This document shows positions 11,912-23,555 of a stretch of 64,000 bases of DNA, piece after piece. Below the pieces are notes generated by a model, which worked only from the letters and a program-made list of their open reading frames with translations, was not told where the DNA came from and ran no database searches. Both the position numbers and the translations under genes were made by a program. Every line of letters starts with the position of its first letter. Position 1 is the stretch's first letter. The stretch is from Podarcis vaucheri (taxonomy: Eukaryota): NCBI GenBank assembly GCA_965113315.1, contig OZ220378.1, one strand, 5' to 3'.

Positions 11912-11917
11912 TTTATT
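11912..11917 (-). terminator. Probable RBM14 proximal poly(A) signal (AATAAA)
   Basis: TTTATT on plus, about 660 nt past the RBM14 stop. Confidence 0.55.
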
Positions 11918-12580
11918 TACAGTTAATACAAAAAATAAAATCTAAACTCACTTCTAACTTCAGGTTTACTTGTGCACTCTATATTAGCAAAAATCAATGG
12001 ATGCTGTTACATAAAAGCAACTGAGCTCACTTGGAAAGGATACAAAGTGATCCTTTCAACAAGCACATTAAATGAGGATTTCAATGCTAGAACAGTTTCC
12101 TTTCTAACAGGTGGGACATGGCAAGAGGCAGGACCAAGGAACCAGAAGCAAACGTTCACCATGTTGCCATCCTCACCCAGGGACTTTGGTTTCAAAATGA
12201 CTGAATATACAGCAATTTACAGCAGTCCTGAGGCTGAGCACAGAGCCCTAACATTGAAATTAAGATAGCAACCACAAGACTCTCCTAGAAAACTGTTTAC
12301 CTTGGATGGCCCCATATGGCTCGCTAAAGTAAATAACACCCTTTACTTGGTATAGGAAAAGACAACAACAACAGAAGATACAAGAGCTACAATGACAAGC
12401 TGCTAAGGGCACTGTGACAAAGGGTGAGAAGAAATGTAGTGACTAAAAGGATATTCTGAAATCAAATGGCAAAGACTTCTCATCAAGGATGCAGCAGCCG
12501 GGGTTTATGCTAGACGTGTTACAACGGCGGGCGCCAGAACAATGACGCAGTCCCACCCCAGGAAAGACGGGGGAAATCCT

Positions 12581-15500
12581 TTACAGGCGGCGCTGGTAAC
12601 TAGCATGCAGCTGCAGTTGTGCGTTACGCATGTAATCGCCATAGGCACCCGCATATCGGGCATAATCAGACTGTGTTTCTGGGAGACGGCGATAATCCAG
12701 TTGAGCTTTTGTCGGCGAATGGCGGTACGCGTGGGGGGAGTCTGTTAAATGGCGAAAATCTGAGAGGTCAGATAAACGGCGGTCATCTGAGAGGTCAGAA
12801 CCGTACCTGGTTAAGAGAAGAGACATTAGATATTTGATAAATAATAAAAACCCTCATGGCCGATGCCTTACATTATATACACACTATGATTGAGATGGCC
12901 CCCCTCCACCCGCACAGAAGATGACTGCTGAGCTGTAAGCACAGAAAAGAGCCTGCTAAAGGAATCCAAACAATAATCTTTCCTCCATTGCCTGGCTCCA
13001 ACTGGGGCCGTTTTACATCTCTCAGACATGGGGAATAATCTCTCAATGGTTCAGCTGTCCTGTAATACTAATTATACTTCACCATTTAAGCAGAATTTTG
13101 AGCCTCCCATCAGAACAGTGATAAAGCACAGTACCATGCAGGAGGCCCAGACCTCACAAAACTACACTTAATAGTTTCTAAGATGGATACAAGAGCTAAG
13201 GCGTATCAAGGCTCAAAAAGACTTGGAGGTGTTGGAGGTGACCGAAAACGATGGATTATGCTCATCATTGCCAGGAATTAAAGCTGGTGCAACTCTTATT
13301 TGCAATCTCAGTCAAGTCTCAAAGGTCTAGTTTGCCATCTCTGTGGTGGGATCTGGTCAGGTAGCAGAGCCTTCTCGCAAACACGTACTCACAATTATCC
13401 AGAGATATGTGCAGGCGGGGGGAAAAGGTAAGAGCGCAGCCCATATTTGCTCCCTTCCCCACAAACAGTAAAGCACAGAAAAGATTTGAAAGATCTGATA
13501 GAGAGAAACTAATGACACAGCCAGTGTAGCAAAGGTTAAGCAAGCCCCACTCCTGACCCATCCTTGCTTTCGAATAAATGCCAATTTAAAGGCATAGCGG
13601 GAACTCTGCTCCCTCCCATGGAACCACAGAATGAAGTTGTCCTTTGAACCCCTCTGAAAAGTTCAGAAAAATCCTTGGGCAGAAGGTGCGATTGGCGTGA
13701 AAAGCATTACAACTGGTCTAGCTGCATACCTCTTATTCATTGCAGCTGCTTTTCTGTAGAGATCCTCACGGTTGCCACGCGGTGGAGAGAGGCGAGTGCG
13801 TTCATACGGCGGATGGAGAGCTGCAGCTTCTGACTGGGACAATGCTGTATATGAGGCTGCCTGTTGGGCAGATTGAGTCAGCCCATTGTATGATGGCTGA
13901 GCTCTGTAACCTGCAGCTAAGGGAACAGAAGTGGATTGCTGTGCAGCATAAGCTGTCTCTGCTGGGTTTGAGACTTGTGCTCTGTAGGCTGTTGACAGTG
14001 AAGCAGAGAGCTGTGTTTTATAGGAAGCAGCAGCAGCTGCTGCTGCTGCATCCTGCATACCATAAGCGGCCGCCAAGTTTGCTGCAGCCTGTGCCCCATA
14101 TGCAGCTGGCAGGGCAGATGCAGCCTGGGCCCCATAAGAAGCGGCATGGCCAACAGCTGACTGGACTCCATATGAAGCTGTCTGTGTTGAGAGAGGGTGG
14201 GTACCATACAAGGCTGCTTGGTTGGCTGCAGGTTGGGCCCCATAAGATGCTGAGAGGGCAGCAGCGGCAGCTGCTGCCTGGGCACCGTAGGAAGCTGCTG
14301 CATATGTTGCAGCAGCCTGGGCCCCATAAGTGGCAGCGTATGTTGTTGTGGGCTGGGCCTCATAAGAAGGGACTTGAGAAGCAGCCACTTGTGCTGCTCC
14401 ATAAGCAGCTGCTTGGGCACTGAGGGATGTTAGTGCTGAGGCTGCTGGCTGGGCCCCAGAAGTTGCCAGGGGAACAGAGGACTGGGCTCTATATTGATTT
14501 CCAAGCATGGCTGAGGACTGGGCTCTGTACATTGCAGCCTGCCCAGTTGTAGGCTGGGGTCTGTAAGCCATCCCAAGTGATGCTGCAGGCTGGTCTCTGT
14601 AGGCTGTCCCGTGGGAGGCAGAAGCCTGGTCTCTGTAGGATGCTTGCTGGGCTGCCATAGGAATTATGTAGCCTGCTCTTGTTGGTGAGCGTCTAATGGG
14701 GCTTCTGTCCCTTCCAAAATAGGAAGGAGATACCTGCCTAGCCTGACTGTCTTGGGAATCAATTTTAGTTAAATTGTTGTTCCCCAGGCGCTGCTGATAG
14801 TCATACTCCAGTGAAGAATAAGTTGATCCTCCCGCTGGGAAAGCAAGATTACTGGATCTCAAAGCGTCATTCCTGGGCTGGAGTTTATCCAGGGTTGGTA
14901 TTTTGTTCTTTTCAGCTCTGTTGCCCAGCTGGCCGGCGTGCCCAGCTGGCCCCCTTTTATGAGCCTTATTAGAAAGTTCCACATTAATTCTCTTGCCCTT
15001 GACTTCCCTTCCATTAAGATGTTCAATGGCGGCTCTGGCATCCTCATCCTTCTCCATGTGAACGAACGCATAGTCTGATAAAGCAGCAGACAGAAGGTTA
15101 TCAATAAGGAACATATGACATTTAATTACTGGAACCCACTCATACTTCGATGTGCCCTAGAAAGGCTTCAGCCTGAAACACATCTGTTTGATACCAGAAG
15201 AATGCAGAATGAATCAGCTGATGTGGCTTGCTGGGCAACTCTTTAAGAGCCACAAGGAAGGAACAGGCCACTGGCACCTATAAGGTACAAGGAACTGGCC
15301 CCTGTCTTAAAAGTTTGAAGGCTAAGCATCAAATTACCCATCCTATCCCACAGCTCACTCTGCCTCCTGCATGATTTGCACATAATTCACAGTGTGCCAA
15401 AGCATATCAAACTCTCTCTGTGCTGCTTGATTTCTCATCTTCAACGTATTAATCCTCAGCAGGACTTTCCCCCACTGCCCCCAGTCAAAATGCTGAGAAC

Positions 15501-18500
15501 ATTCCTGTTGTGCATTAAAATGTTACAGTTTCATTTATACCTGAACATCTTGCATATGGATACTATCCTACACAAATGTAAATATTTTCCCCACCCTCAA
15601 GAGTTCTGGCATTCTGCTTCTAGAAGCAATATGAAAAACTGCATTTAGGATGGTGGCTTGAAGCTGAGCTATCAAAATTTAAGGAAAAGATTAACTCTGA
15701 TAAAACCAGAGGCATTTTATATGATTTTAAACACCAGAATTATGCACTACTTTAGCAAACGTGGATTTCAAATGACAGCACAAAATATACAAGGACAAAG
15801 GCCACAATTTTATTCTGCATGGTTTCCCTCCACCCACTGAATTCCACAAATCGTAACAGAATGGAGAACATACTAACAGCTTTCTCAAGGTGTGTTCCCT
15901 ATTGCATCTTTCCCAGCCTTACATGCCACAGAAGGGAAAGGACAAGCACCTCTGTTGTCTACTGGACTCCGATAAGAAGCCTAAAGGACTCGTGGTTACA
16001 AGAACTGCTGGAACAAACTGTTAAGACTGCTGAATACATTTAAGACTTTCTGATGTTTCAACCTAGTGGCTGGATCCTGCTGATGCAAAAAAGGAATTTA
16101 AATCTAGGGAGCTTAAAATAAGCACCCAGTGGAATGAATCTGAGGTTCTATTCTCTAAAGTTGCTTCTTAGCTTCAATAAGCAAGTCTGTGCCAGTTTCA
16201 CAAACCACACACTTTTCTTTCACTGCAAATCCAGACAATGGAAACAGGCTGCTATGCGCACATCCCCTCATAGATCTGAAAAAGAAAATATGAATCTGCT
16301 GGTAGATCTCTGGGTGATTTGCAAGGATTTCTGGTTCTGTGTTTAACTACAGAAGCAACAAAATTCCTCTCCCCTAATTATGGCTGCTGAAATGAAGAAA
16401 ACCTGGGGTAACCAGGAGAGGATTTTTGTGTGGAAGGACTGAGCTGTGTTCACATACAATCAGAATTATTTGATTCTAAGTTTGTCTTTTGCACCAGGTT
16501 CCTGAATCTCAGGAGTCTAGTAAAAAAACAAACTCAGAATTAAAACAGATCCTGCAAGTCTGAAGTCTGCTCATCCCTGCCCATTCAAATAGCTAGAACA
16601 AATAAAGCTGAAATATTAGACTACTATTTCTTTAACTGTATGCTCTATGATGAGATCAGAAAAGTACTATCTAAAAGGTTTTAAGTTTGGGCCAGCATGA
16701 AGAAAACGGGAGCACTCATTATTGATGAAGACTGTGATGTATTTACTGTTGTAAGAATTTAAGGTCTTAAATATATAAATTAAATGTACAAGGCAAACAT
16801 GTACATAAATATATAAACCACATGTCTGAAACAGTACAGGAAGACAGTCCTGAAACCATTTTGACTCTCCCAAACTGACCAAATGTTTCTCTGCAAGGAG
16901 GGAGGAAATGAAAAAACCTCCCCATTGTCTCTGTGCTCACAAATCCTGCCTTAAGGGCACATTTAAGGTGTGAATAGGGTGAGCCTGTGACCTGGATTCA
17001 GGAATCAAATCCAGACCCGGAAGTGTCTCCGGACAGCGCTGGCCCCCGGCCTATAGATGTGAGATGGGCGCACAAACCCCAGAGTCTGTCAAGACTGGCC
17101 CGTTCGGGCAGGGGTACCTTTACCTTTAGGGTGAGCCTGTGACCTGGATTCAGGAATTAAGTAGTTATACAGTGGTGCCTTGCAAGACGAAAATAATTTG
17201 TTCTGCGAGTCTTTACGTCTTGCAATGTTTTTCGTCTTGCAAAGCACGGTCCATCGCAACTGCACCTCTTCAAGCGGCTTTTTAAAAAAAGCGCAAGACG
17301 TTTTCGTCTTGCGAAGCAAGCCCATAGAGAAATTTGTCTAGCGAAGCAACACAAAACCGAAAAACCCTTTCGTCTAGCGAGTTTTTCGTCTTGCGGGGCA
17401 CCACTGTAATAACAAAAGAGTGGCCAAAGCCCAGATAATGCAATCAGGTAACCTGGCAGACAGGAGATAACACACAGGATTCTGTTTTAGACTGCCCTGT
17501 GATGTATTTCTGCTGGAGACCACCTCTTTCTGTGATGTACTATGATGTTTCTGGGGGTGGTCTTGAGTTTGAGGGTGGGCAATTTCAAAAGCCTATATAA
17601 AGGGCTGGCACACCTTTGTTCTGGGTCCTCCTCCTCTCTCCTGTGTGTGGGGGAAGCACCCTTTTGTAACAGTTTTAATAAAGATCAGGCTTACTAGCTG
17701 CTTTGCTTCTCAATATTCTCTGGTTGGCCTTTGTTATTTCCTCCTACCAATGGAGAACCTACAAAGAACTCTATACAGGCTCTTGTGTACCCCATAAGGG
17801 AAAAGGAGCAGATTTTATTTGCAAATAGATGTATTTTACATATCTGGCTGCAACAACTAGCGCAAATTTCTTGACAATGCTTGTCAGTTCTATGAGTGGC
17901 ATTTCATTGTTTAAGCAGCTGCATTTTGAAAAAAATGTAATAAAATGGAAGACTGCTAAACCAGCAAGCCATTCATTCTGCAGCACACAACAGATTCTGT
18001 TCTGACCCTCCCTATCAACTGGAATGGGGATGCACACAAATATAGAGGAGTATGTATCTGTTTTCCCCTGGTGAGATACATTGCTGATCTAGCCCGAACG
18101 CAAACTGAATTTTCATAAGTCTTCGCGTTCTCAACCAAAGTACTTTAAAAAGAAAACAACTGATCCAGAAGAAGAAACAGAAGGGAGGAAATGATTAACA
18201 GAGCTTACAGAGACAGAGTCAAGGAGATAGCATTAGACCAAACAAAAGAATCCATCCGACAACAGTTTAGAGAAAGAGAGAGAGGCAACCATTCCTGGGG
18301 ATGTGAAACCCAAACCTTTGACCAGCCTCTGAGGAAACCCTATATATACTACCCTCCAGAGCACTCAGTTGAGTCTCCTGAGGTGCAGTCTGCTTCTATA
18401 CACCCCAGCCTACACAGGAGGCTAATGGGAAAACTTCAGGATGGGTTTAGCTGTCCTGGAACAAATGAGATGTTGCATTTGATTACATGCTGCAAACAAG

Positions 18501-21500
18501 ACCTGAAAGTGGCATTCAGAAGGATGTGTACACGTAAACGCAAATTAAAGATACTGTCATACGACTTACTGGAAATACAGGAGAGGAACAAAACATGAAC
18601 CTTCCTCCTGACCCACTTAAATGATAAAGTTGGGACTGAAGAGACAGTTGCCTCTGACTGACAGCTCTGTACAGCATGATGCACCGCCGGGTCCTTTAAA
18701 ATTATGGAAGATTCAGGAAAGCTCTAAAAGGAATGCTTGACACATCATAGCTCAAGTGACAGAGAAGAGGAATATGCAAACTCTTTGAAGCAAATGCCTA
18801 CCCAAAAAGCACAGGACGCAAGTGCATTTGGCAGTAATAGTTGGGGCTATAAAGGAGAGAAAGGTGGGGCTTGCAGCTTGGGGTGACAGCTTCAGATTTA
18901 AAGAAGCTACTTACCAGCCTTAGGACTAAACTACTTGGTGGAAAAAACCTCTCTAACCACACCATTTAAAATTTTAAAAAACTCTGTATAGCACGTGTTA
19001 CTATTAAAAATTACAAATTAATGTCTTGACGAAGAAATGAAGCGAGGGCTTTTAGTTACAAACAAAGTGGCTGAAAAATGTGTTTAAGAAACTGACATTC
19101 AAGCTACACAAGCTGTGAGGAACAGTTCAAGACTCGCCAGCTACAATTGTGGCAACACCTCATACCTTGGTTCAGTTATCAGTTGGAGAACTCCCTTCCT
19201 GTGGCTCTTGAGGGATACATGACTGAAACGCTGGTTGGCACTCAAATAATTTATTAGGTCGTTTTTCTTAAATATCTGTTTACTGTATCTATTTGGATTT
19301 GGAGATACAAGTAGTCTCTATAGGGGACCCATCAGATATGAATTTTATCCCCAGATTTTTGTCTGGTATCACTGGAAAATTTCTCCTTATTTACAGATAC
19401 TTGCATATAAATCTTAAAAAGAGAGTGGGAGGGGAAAAGACAATAGAAGCCTAAACACTAGACCAGAAGAACCCTGGCTTAGAGGCTGCACACATGGGCA
19501 TGGAGCCTCAAATCTGAGGAGTGAGGTGGGACTGCCTTAGGCACATCAGCAATAAGCACGACAGGGATGTTGACCAAAAGTCTAAGGAAAATGAATTGGG
19601 GTATTTTTCTGCCTAGGCAGAGAATAGAAATGTTTCTAACACAGCAACAGGACTTTTTTTTTAGCACTATAAAATCCTGCCAATGGAGATGTGGGCAAAC
19701 GGATACCCATGACCACACCACACACAGTCCTAGCAGTATCCACCACGCAAATTTCTACCTTTGACTCTGCTCTAAGAACAGCACTTCTGGTATCCTTATA
19801 GTACAGAAGGAGTGTCTGTTGCAAATACAGTGGTACCTCGGGTTAAGTACTTAATTCATTCCGGAGGTCCGTTCTTACCCTGAAGCACCACTTTAGCTAA
19901 TGGGGCCTCCTACTGCCGCCGGAGCACGATTTCTGTTCTTATCCTGAAGCAAAGTTCTTAACCTGAAGCATTATTTCTGGGTTAGTGGAGTCTGTAACCT
20001 GAAGTGTCTGTAACCAGAGGTACCACTGTACTTATTAGGCAGTACTTCTCACAGCAGGGGTGTACTGGAGGGGGAAAAAGAAACTTTAGTACTAACAACA
20101 ATAACTTAGAAGCAAGTCTCAGAGAACACAGTGAGACTTACTTTTGAGTAAAGTGGCATATGATGCGGCTGCTTATGTCAAATATAAATCTATGGTGCAC
20201 CTGCATTTAGAACAATGTAAATAATTCTGGTCATCTGCTGTCAAACTGTATAGAAAAGTATCCATTGAGAAATAAATCTCTCAATTAGTCATAACAAATG
20301 GAACTTGAAAGAAAATGTTCAGTGTTGAGTGCTGCTGTTCAGGATTCCAGTCACACCATCTCATCCCCATATACCCCTTTTTCTACCCCTCACAACAGTA
20401 AGTCAACACTGTGTGCCTACCAAGCATTGAGTTGTTTGGAGGGGATATTTTTCAGGGGTGTGTGTGTGTGTGGAAGAACTTTCTGATGGAAAGAGCTGTT
20501 TGACAGTGGAATGGGCTGACTCGGAAAGTGGTGGACTCTCCTTCATTGGAGGTTTTTAAGCAGAAGTTGGATGGCCTTCTGTCACTGATGCTTTAGTAGA
20601 GGTTCCTGCATTGCAGGGAGTTGGACAGATGACCAGCAGGGTCCCTTCCAACTCCACAATTCTATGATTCTACTGGTGCCCAATCCCTGCTTCATTAAAA
20701 TCTTGGATTTCTCCATTGATTTTTATGGGCAGCTTTACAAATAGTTTTTCAGCATGAACCAAAAGACCCCAATTCAAACAAAGAGATAGTTCTCTCTACA
20801 CCTTTTATGTCTATGTCTCTTCCTTCATGCTCCTTTTTCAGTAACTCCCATTAAATCTTCCCTCCCACCAAGTTTCTCCCATCAAATACAGCAAGTTCTC
20901 CACAGACATAAGACACGCTCAGTTCTTATTGGACTGTTTTGGGACTTCTCCCACTTAGGCCTTTTTCCCTTGAAGTTTTTGTATTTGGTACTGTACTTTT
21001 GCAAGGCTTATCCAGAGTCTGCCAATACCCCCCTCTTGTGCGTGTCTGTTGCCATTTTGGCTATATAAGTGGTAGCTGTCGATGAACTAAATATAAATTA
21101 GAATATTTAAGATATTTAAATATTAAGGATATTTAAGAAGGAAATGTTCATGTTTAGAGATTTTTGGGATGCTGAATCCTAGTGATAAACAGTTCCATGG
21201 TACTTTGCTTGTGAAGTTCCCAGGGGCCAGTTGGGGCTGGAGAAATGTTTTAAAGTAGATGATCCATCACAGTAAACTATATACTGGTTAGGAAACTTAA
21301 TGGACTTGCTGATAGGCTACATGAGGGTCAATGAACTGAAGCTCAGTCCTGACAAGATGGCAATACTGTGGTTAGATGGTTCCCTACTCAGGAAAAATTG
21401 TGTCCCACATATTGCACTTGCCCCAAAGGGTAAAGTGATACTTTTTTCTTTTTTTACACTAGACTGGTATGCCAACTGTGACCACCTCTGCTGGACAAGA

Positions 21501-22692
21501 ATAGTCTAGCTACAATGATCCATGCTCTGGCAACTCCCTACTTACACTACTGCTGGATATTGTGCATGGGGCTGACTTTAAAAGACAATCTGGAAATTGC
21601 AAGTGGTAAAAAAATGCAGCTGCTAGCTGAGCTACTGGGTTCAACATACCAGCCTGGCTCTTTAAAATACTGCACGGCAGCTTGGGATAAACATACATTA
21701 TGGAAAGCCCATGCCTCCACCACCCTGCCGTGAGAGTACTACCCTTCTTCACATTAGCCCCACCGTCAGGAATAAGGCTTCTGTCAGCGGTGTGCGCGTT
21801 ACAGAATTGCCTTCCTAAAGCATGACGCTTTTCGTTTAGGTGTCAGGGGAAAAAACCCAAGTCTACTGTCCCGGGCTTTTCAGCTACCGTTAAGCGCAGC
21901 AAGTTAGTCTTTGCAATCATTTAACAGGAAAAGGCGCACTCCGCACACGTTTACAGGCGCTCTTTACCTTCTCACTCAAACCAACTTTTTTACGCTCTCA
22001 CGAGAAGAACTAGGCGATTTCTCGCGGAACAAGCCTACCGAGAAGCATTAGCAAGGAACAGAACCTCCCCAGCTGGAGGCAGTCTACCTCCAAGTACCTC
22101 CAGCTACTGAGGAGGCGGGGGCGGGGAGAGAGATATACAACGGCAGCAGACGGGGGACGTTGTCGGTTTCAACACCTGGCGATCGAGGCGGATCCGGAGC
22201 GGCGGGGGCGACTTAGGAGGGGGAGAAGCGGCCTCCTTCGCAGCCGAGAGGGGGAAAGGCACACGCCGCGCGCCTCCCCGGCGGCGCCGCGGTTCGGGCG
22301 GACGGTGGGGTTTTGAGGCCGAGGTCGCCTCCGCCTGCCGTACCTTTGACGACGTCGCACTCGACGACGGGCCCGTACTCCTGGAAGAGGAGGCGGAGCT
22401 CGCCGCTGGTGCAGGCGGCAGGGACGTTGCCCACGAAGATCTTGACGGTGTGCGTGGGCCTGGGGCGGGAGGGCTCCACGACGACGCGGTGCCCGTGCAG
22501 GAACTGCCCGTTGAGCTTGAGGATCGCGCGCTCGGCCGACGCGTCGTCGCGCATGTGCACGAAGGCGAACTGCTTCATGAGGGCCACCCGCAGGACCTCG
22601 CCCGGCTCGGCCGCCTCGAATAGCTCGCGCAACTCCACCTGCGAGGTCTCCTCGGGCAGGTTGCCCACGAACACCTTCACGCCCGGGTGCAT
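12581..22692 (-). CDS. RBM14: RNA-binding protein 14 (CoAA), 639 aa; two RRMs plus Tyr/Ala/Gln-rich prion-like domain
   Basis: Exons 22344-22692, 13730-15074 and 12581-12806, GT-AG and in phase (1920 nt). VKVFVGNL...KQFAFVHMR and VKIFVGNV...CDVVK|DYAFVHMEK RRMs; [11 protein letters not shown]; SYGAQ-type repeats; C-terminus R|[20 protein letters not shown]...YQRRL. Confidence 0.96.
17006..17127 (+). mobile_element. 5'-truncated Sauria SINE with 30-bp TSD
   Basis: Corresponds to the 3' 114 nt of the 6830-7189 element (2 mismatches) and ends ACCTTTACCTTT. Flanked by the direct repeat agggtgagcctgtgacctggattcaggaat (16976-17005 and 17128-17157). Confidence 0.9.
17170..17406. mobile_element. Tc1/mariner (pogo/Tigger-like) MITE
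   Basis: TA|CAGTGGTGCCTTGCAAGACGAAAA ... TTTTCGTCTTGCGGGGCACCACTG|TA terminal inverted repeats with TA duplication; internal repeats of ttttcgtcttgc. Confidence 0.85.
17410..17777 (+). mobile_element. LTR-like fragment
   Basis: TATATAAA near 17595, AATAAA near 17677 and terminal ...ataca. The 5' TG and a TSD were not identified. Confidence 0.4.
19828..20028. mobile_element. Tc1/mariner (Tigger-like) MITE
   Basis: TA|CAGTGGTACCTCGGGTTA ... TAACCAGAGGTACCACTG|TA terminal inverted repeats. Confidence 0.85.
20470..20672 (+). mobile_element. CR1 LINE 3' end
   Basis: gtggtggactctccttcattggaggtttttaagcag...gtcccttccaactc...attctatgattcta, the CR1 terminal motif. Confidence 0.75.
21300..21880 (+). 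mobile_element. Degenerate L2-type LINE fragment (RT C-terminal region)
   Basis: Translates [13 protein letters not shown] and [12 protein letters not shown], resembling the NxLKLNPDKT and HALVTSRLDYC motifs of L2/CR1 reverse transcriptases; interrupted by frameshifts. Confidence 0.55.
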
Positions 22693-23010
22693 CGGCTCGC
22701 CCTTCTCACCGAGCGGAGCCAGGCAGGGACAGAGAGAGAGAGAGAAAGAGAAAGAGATAGGAGGGGGAAAGGAGGGAGGAAGGAAGGCGAGAAGGAAAGA
22801 CGCGTAAAATGGCGGCCCCGGCGGTGACTGTGGCGATGACCCACAGGAAAGGAGGGGCCCAAGTCGCCGCGCGTGCGCAGTGTGCTCCGCGCATTGGCGC
22901 TCCCCTCCCCCTCACAAACCGTAAGGCCCTGAACTCTGAGGAAAGGATGCGAGGCGCGTGCGCAGTGTTCCGCTAACGTCGCGAGGCGCGTGCGCACGAA
23001 CACCTCCCCG
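22693..23010 (-). promoter_or_regulatory. RBM14 CpG-island promoter/5'UTR with YY1 and three NRF1-like sites
   Basis: AAAATGGCGGCC (YY1) at about 22806-22817. GCGCGTGCGCA at about 22869, 22954 and 22986. Pyrimidine-rich (CT)n 5'UTR tract at about 22729-22800. Confidence 0.7.
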
Positions 23011-23379
23011 GGGAGATACAGCAGTGTCTTTTAACCCTTAGAGCGTCGAGGCTGCATCTTTACATGAAATGCGTACACGTGTCTAAGGGCGACATGTTAT
23101 ATTGATGGGTCCCTGTAAGGCATGGGAGTAGCCAAGGGGGGTGGGGTGGGCAGCTGCCCCCCAGATCAAGTAGAAACACTTAACTAACTTGACCAATCAC
23201 GTCGTTTCTGCCCCCCCAACAAAAATCCTGGCTATGCCTATGCTGTAGAGCACAGACAGGTAAAAATATAAACTACACTGTAGGTTGCACTTCTGAGTCA
23301 AATGGAGCATTTCCTCCCCCCCCCCCCCGCTTACCTAAATTCCCCTTAGATGTAAGTTAGAACTGTAAATCGATGGTTA

Positions 23380-23555
23380 TTTATCACATTTATATGCCAC
23401 TTTTTCCTTCAAAGAGCACATGGTCCCCATGAACCCAGTCAGGTAAGTTAGGCTGATAGGCTGGCCCAAAGTCACCCAGTGCGCTTCACAGGCCAAGGCG
23501 GAATTCGAACCTTGGTCTCCCCAGGTCATAGTCTAACCATTACAGCACACTGGCT
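23380..23555 (-). mobile_element. MIR-like squamate SINE
   Basis: ctggcccaaagtcacccagtg...ttcgaaccttggtctcc...acactgg; related copies at about 45240-45440, 54620-54700, 54805-54930 and 63510-63680. Confidence 0.6.

Noticed and set aside
13740-14423. 227-aa plus-strand ORF antisense to RBM14 exon 2, and similar shadow ORFs over ZNRD2, RBM4 and CCDC87
   Set aside because: By-product of the biased, low-complexity codons of the real gene on the other strand or frame.
17170-17406. Spaced ttttcgtcttgc repeats superficially like a CRISPR array
   Set aside because: Irregular spacing and orientation, enclosed by terminal inverted repeats with TA duplication in a vertebrate intron: a MITE.
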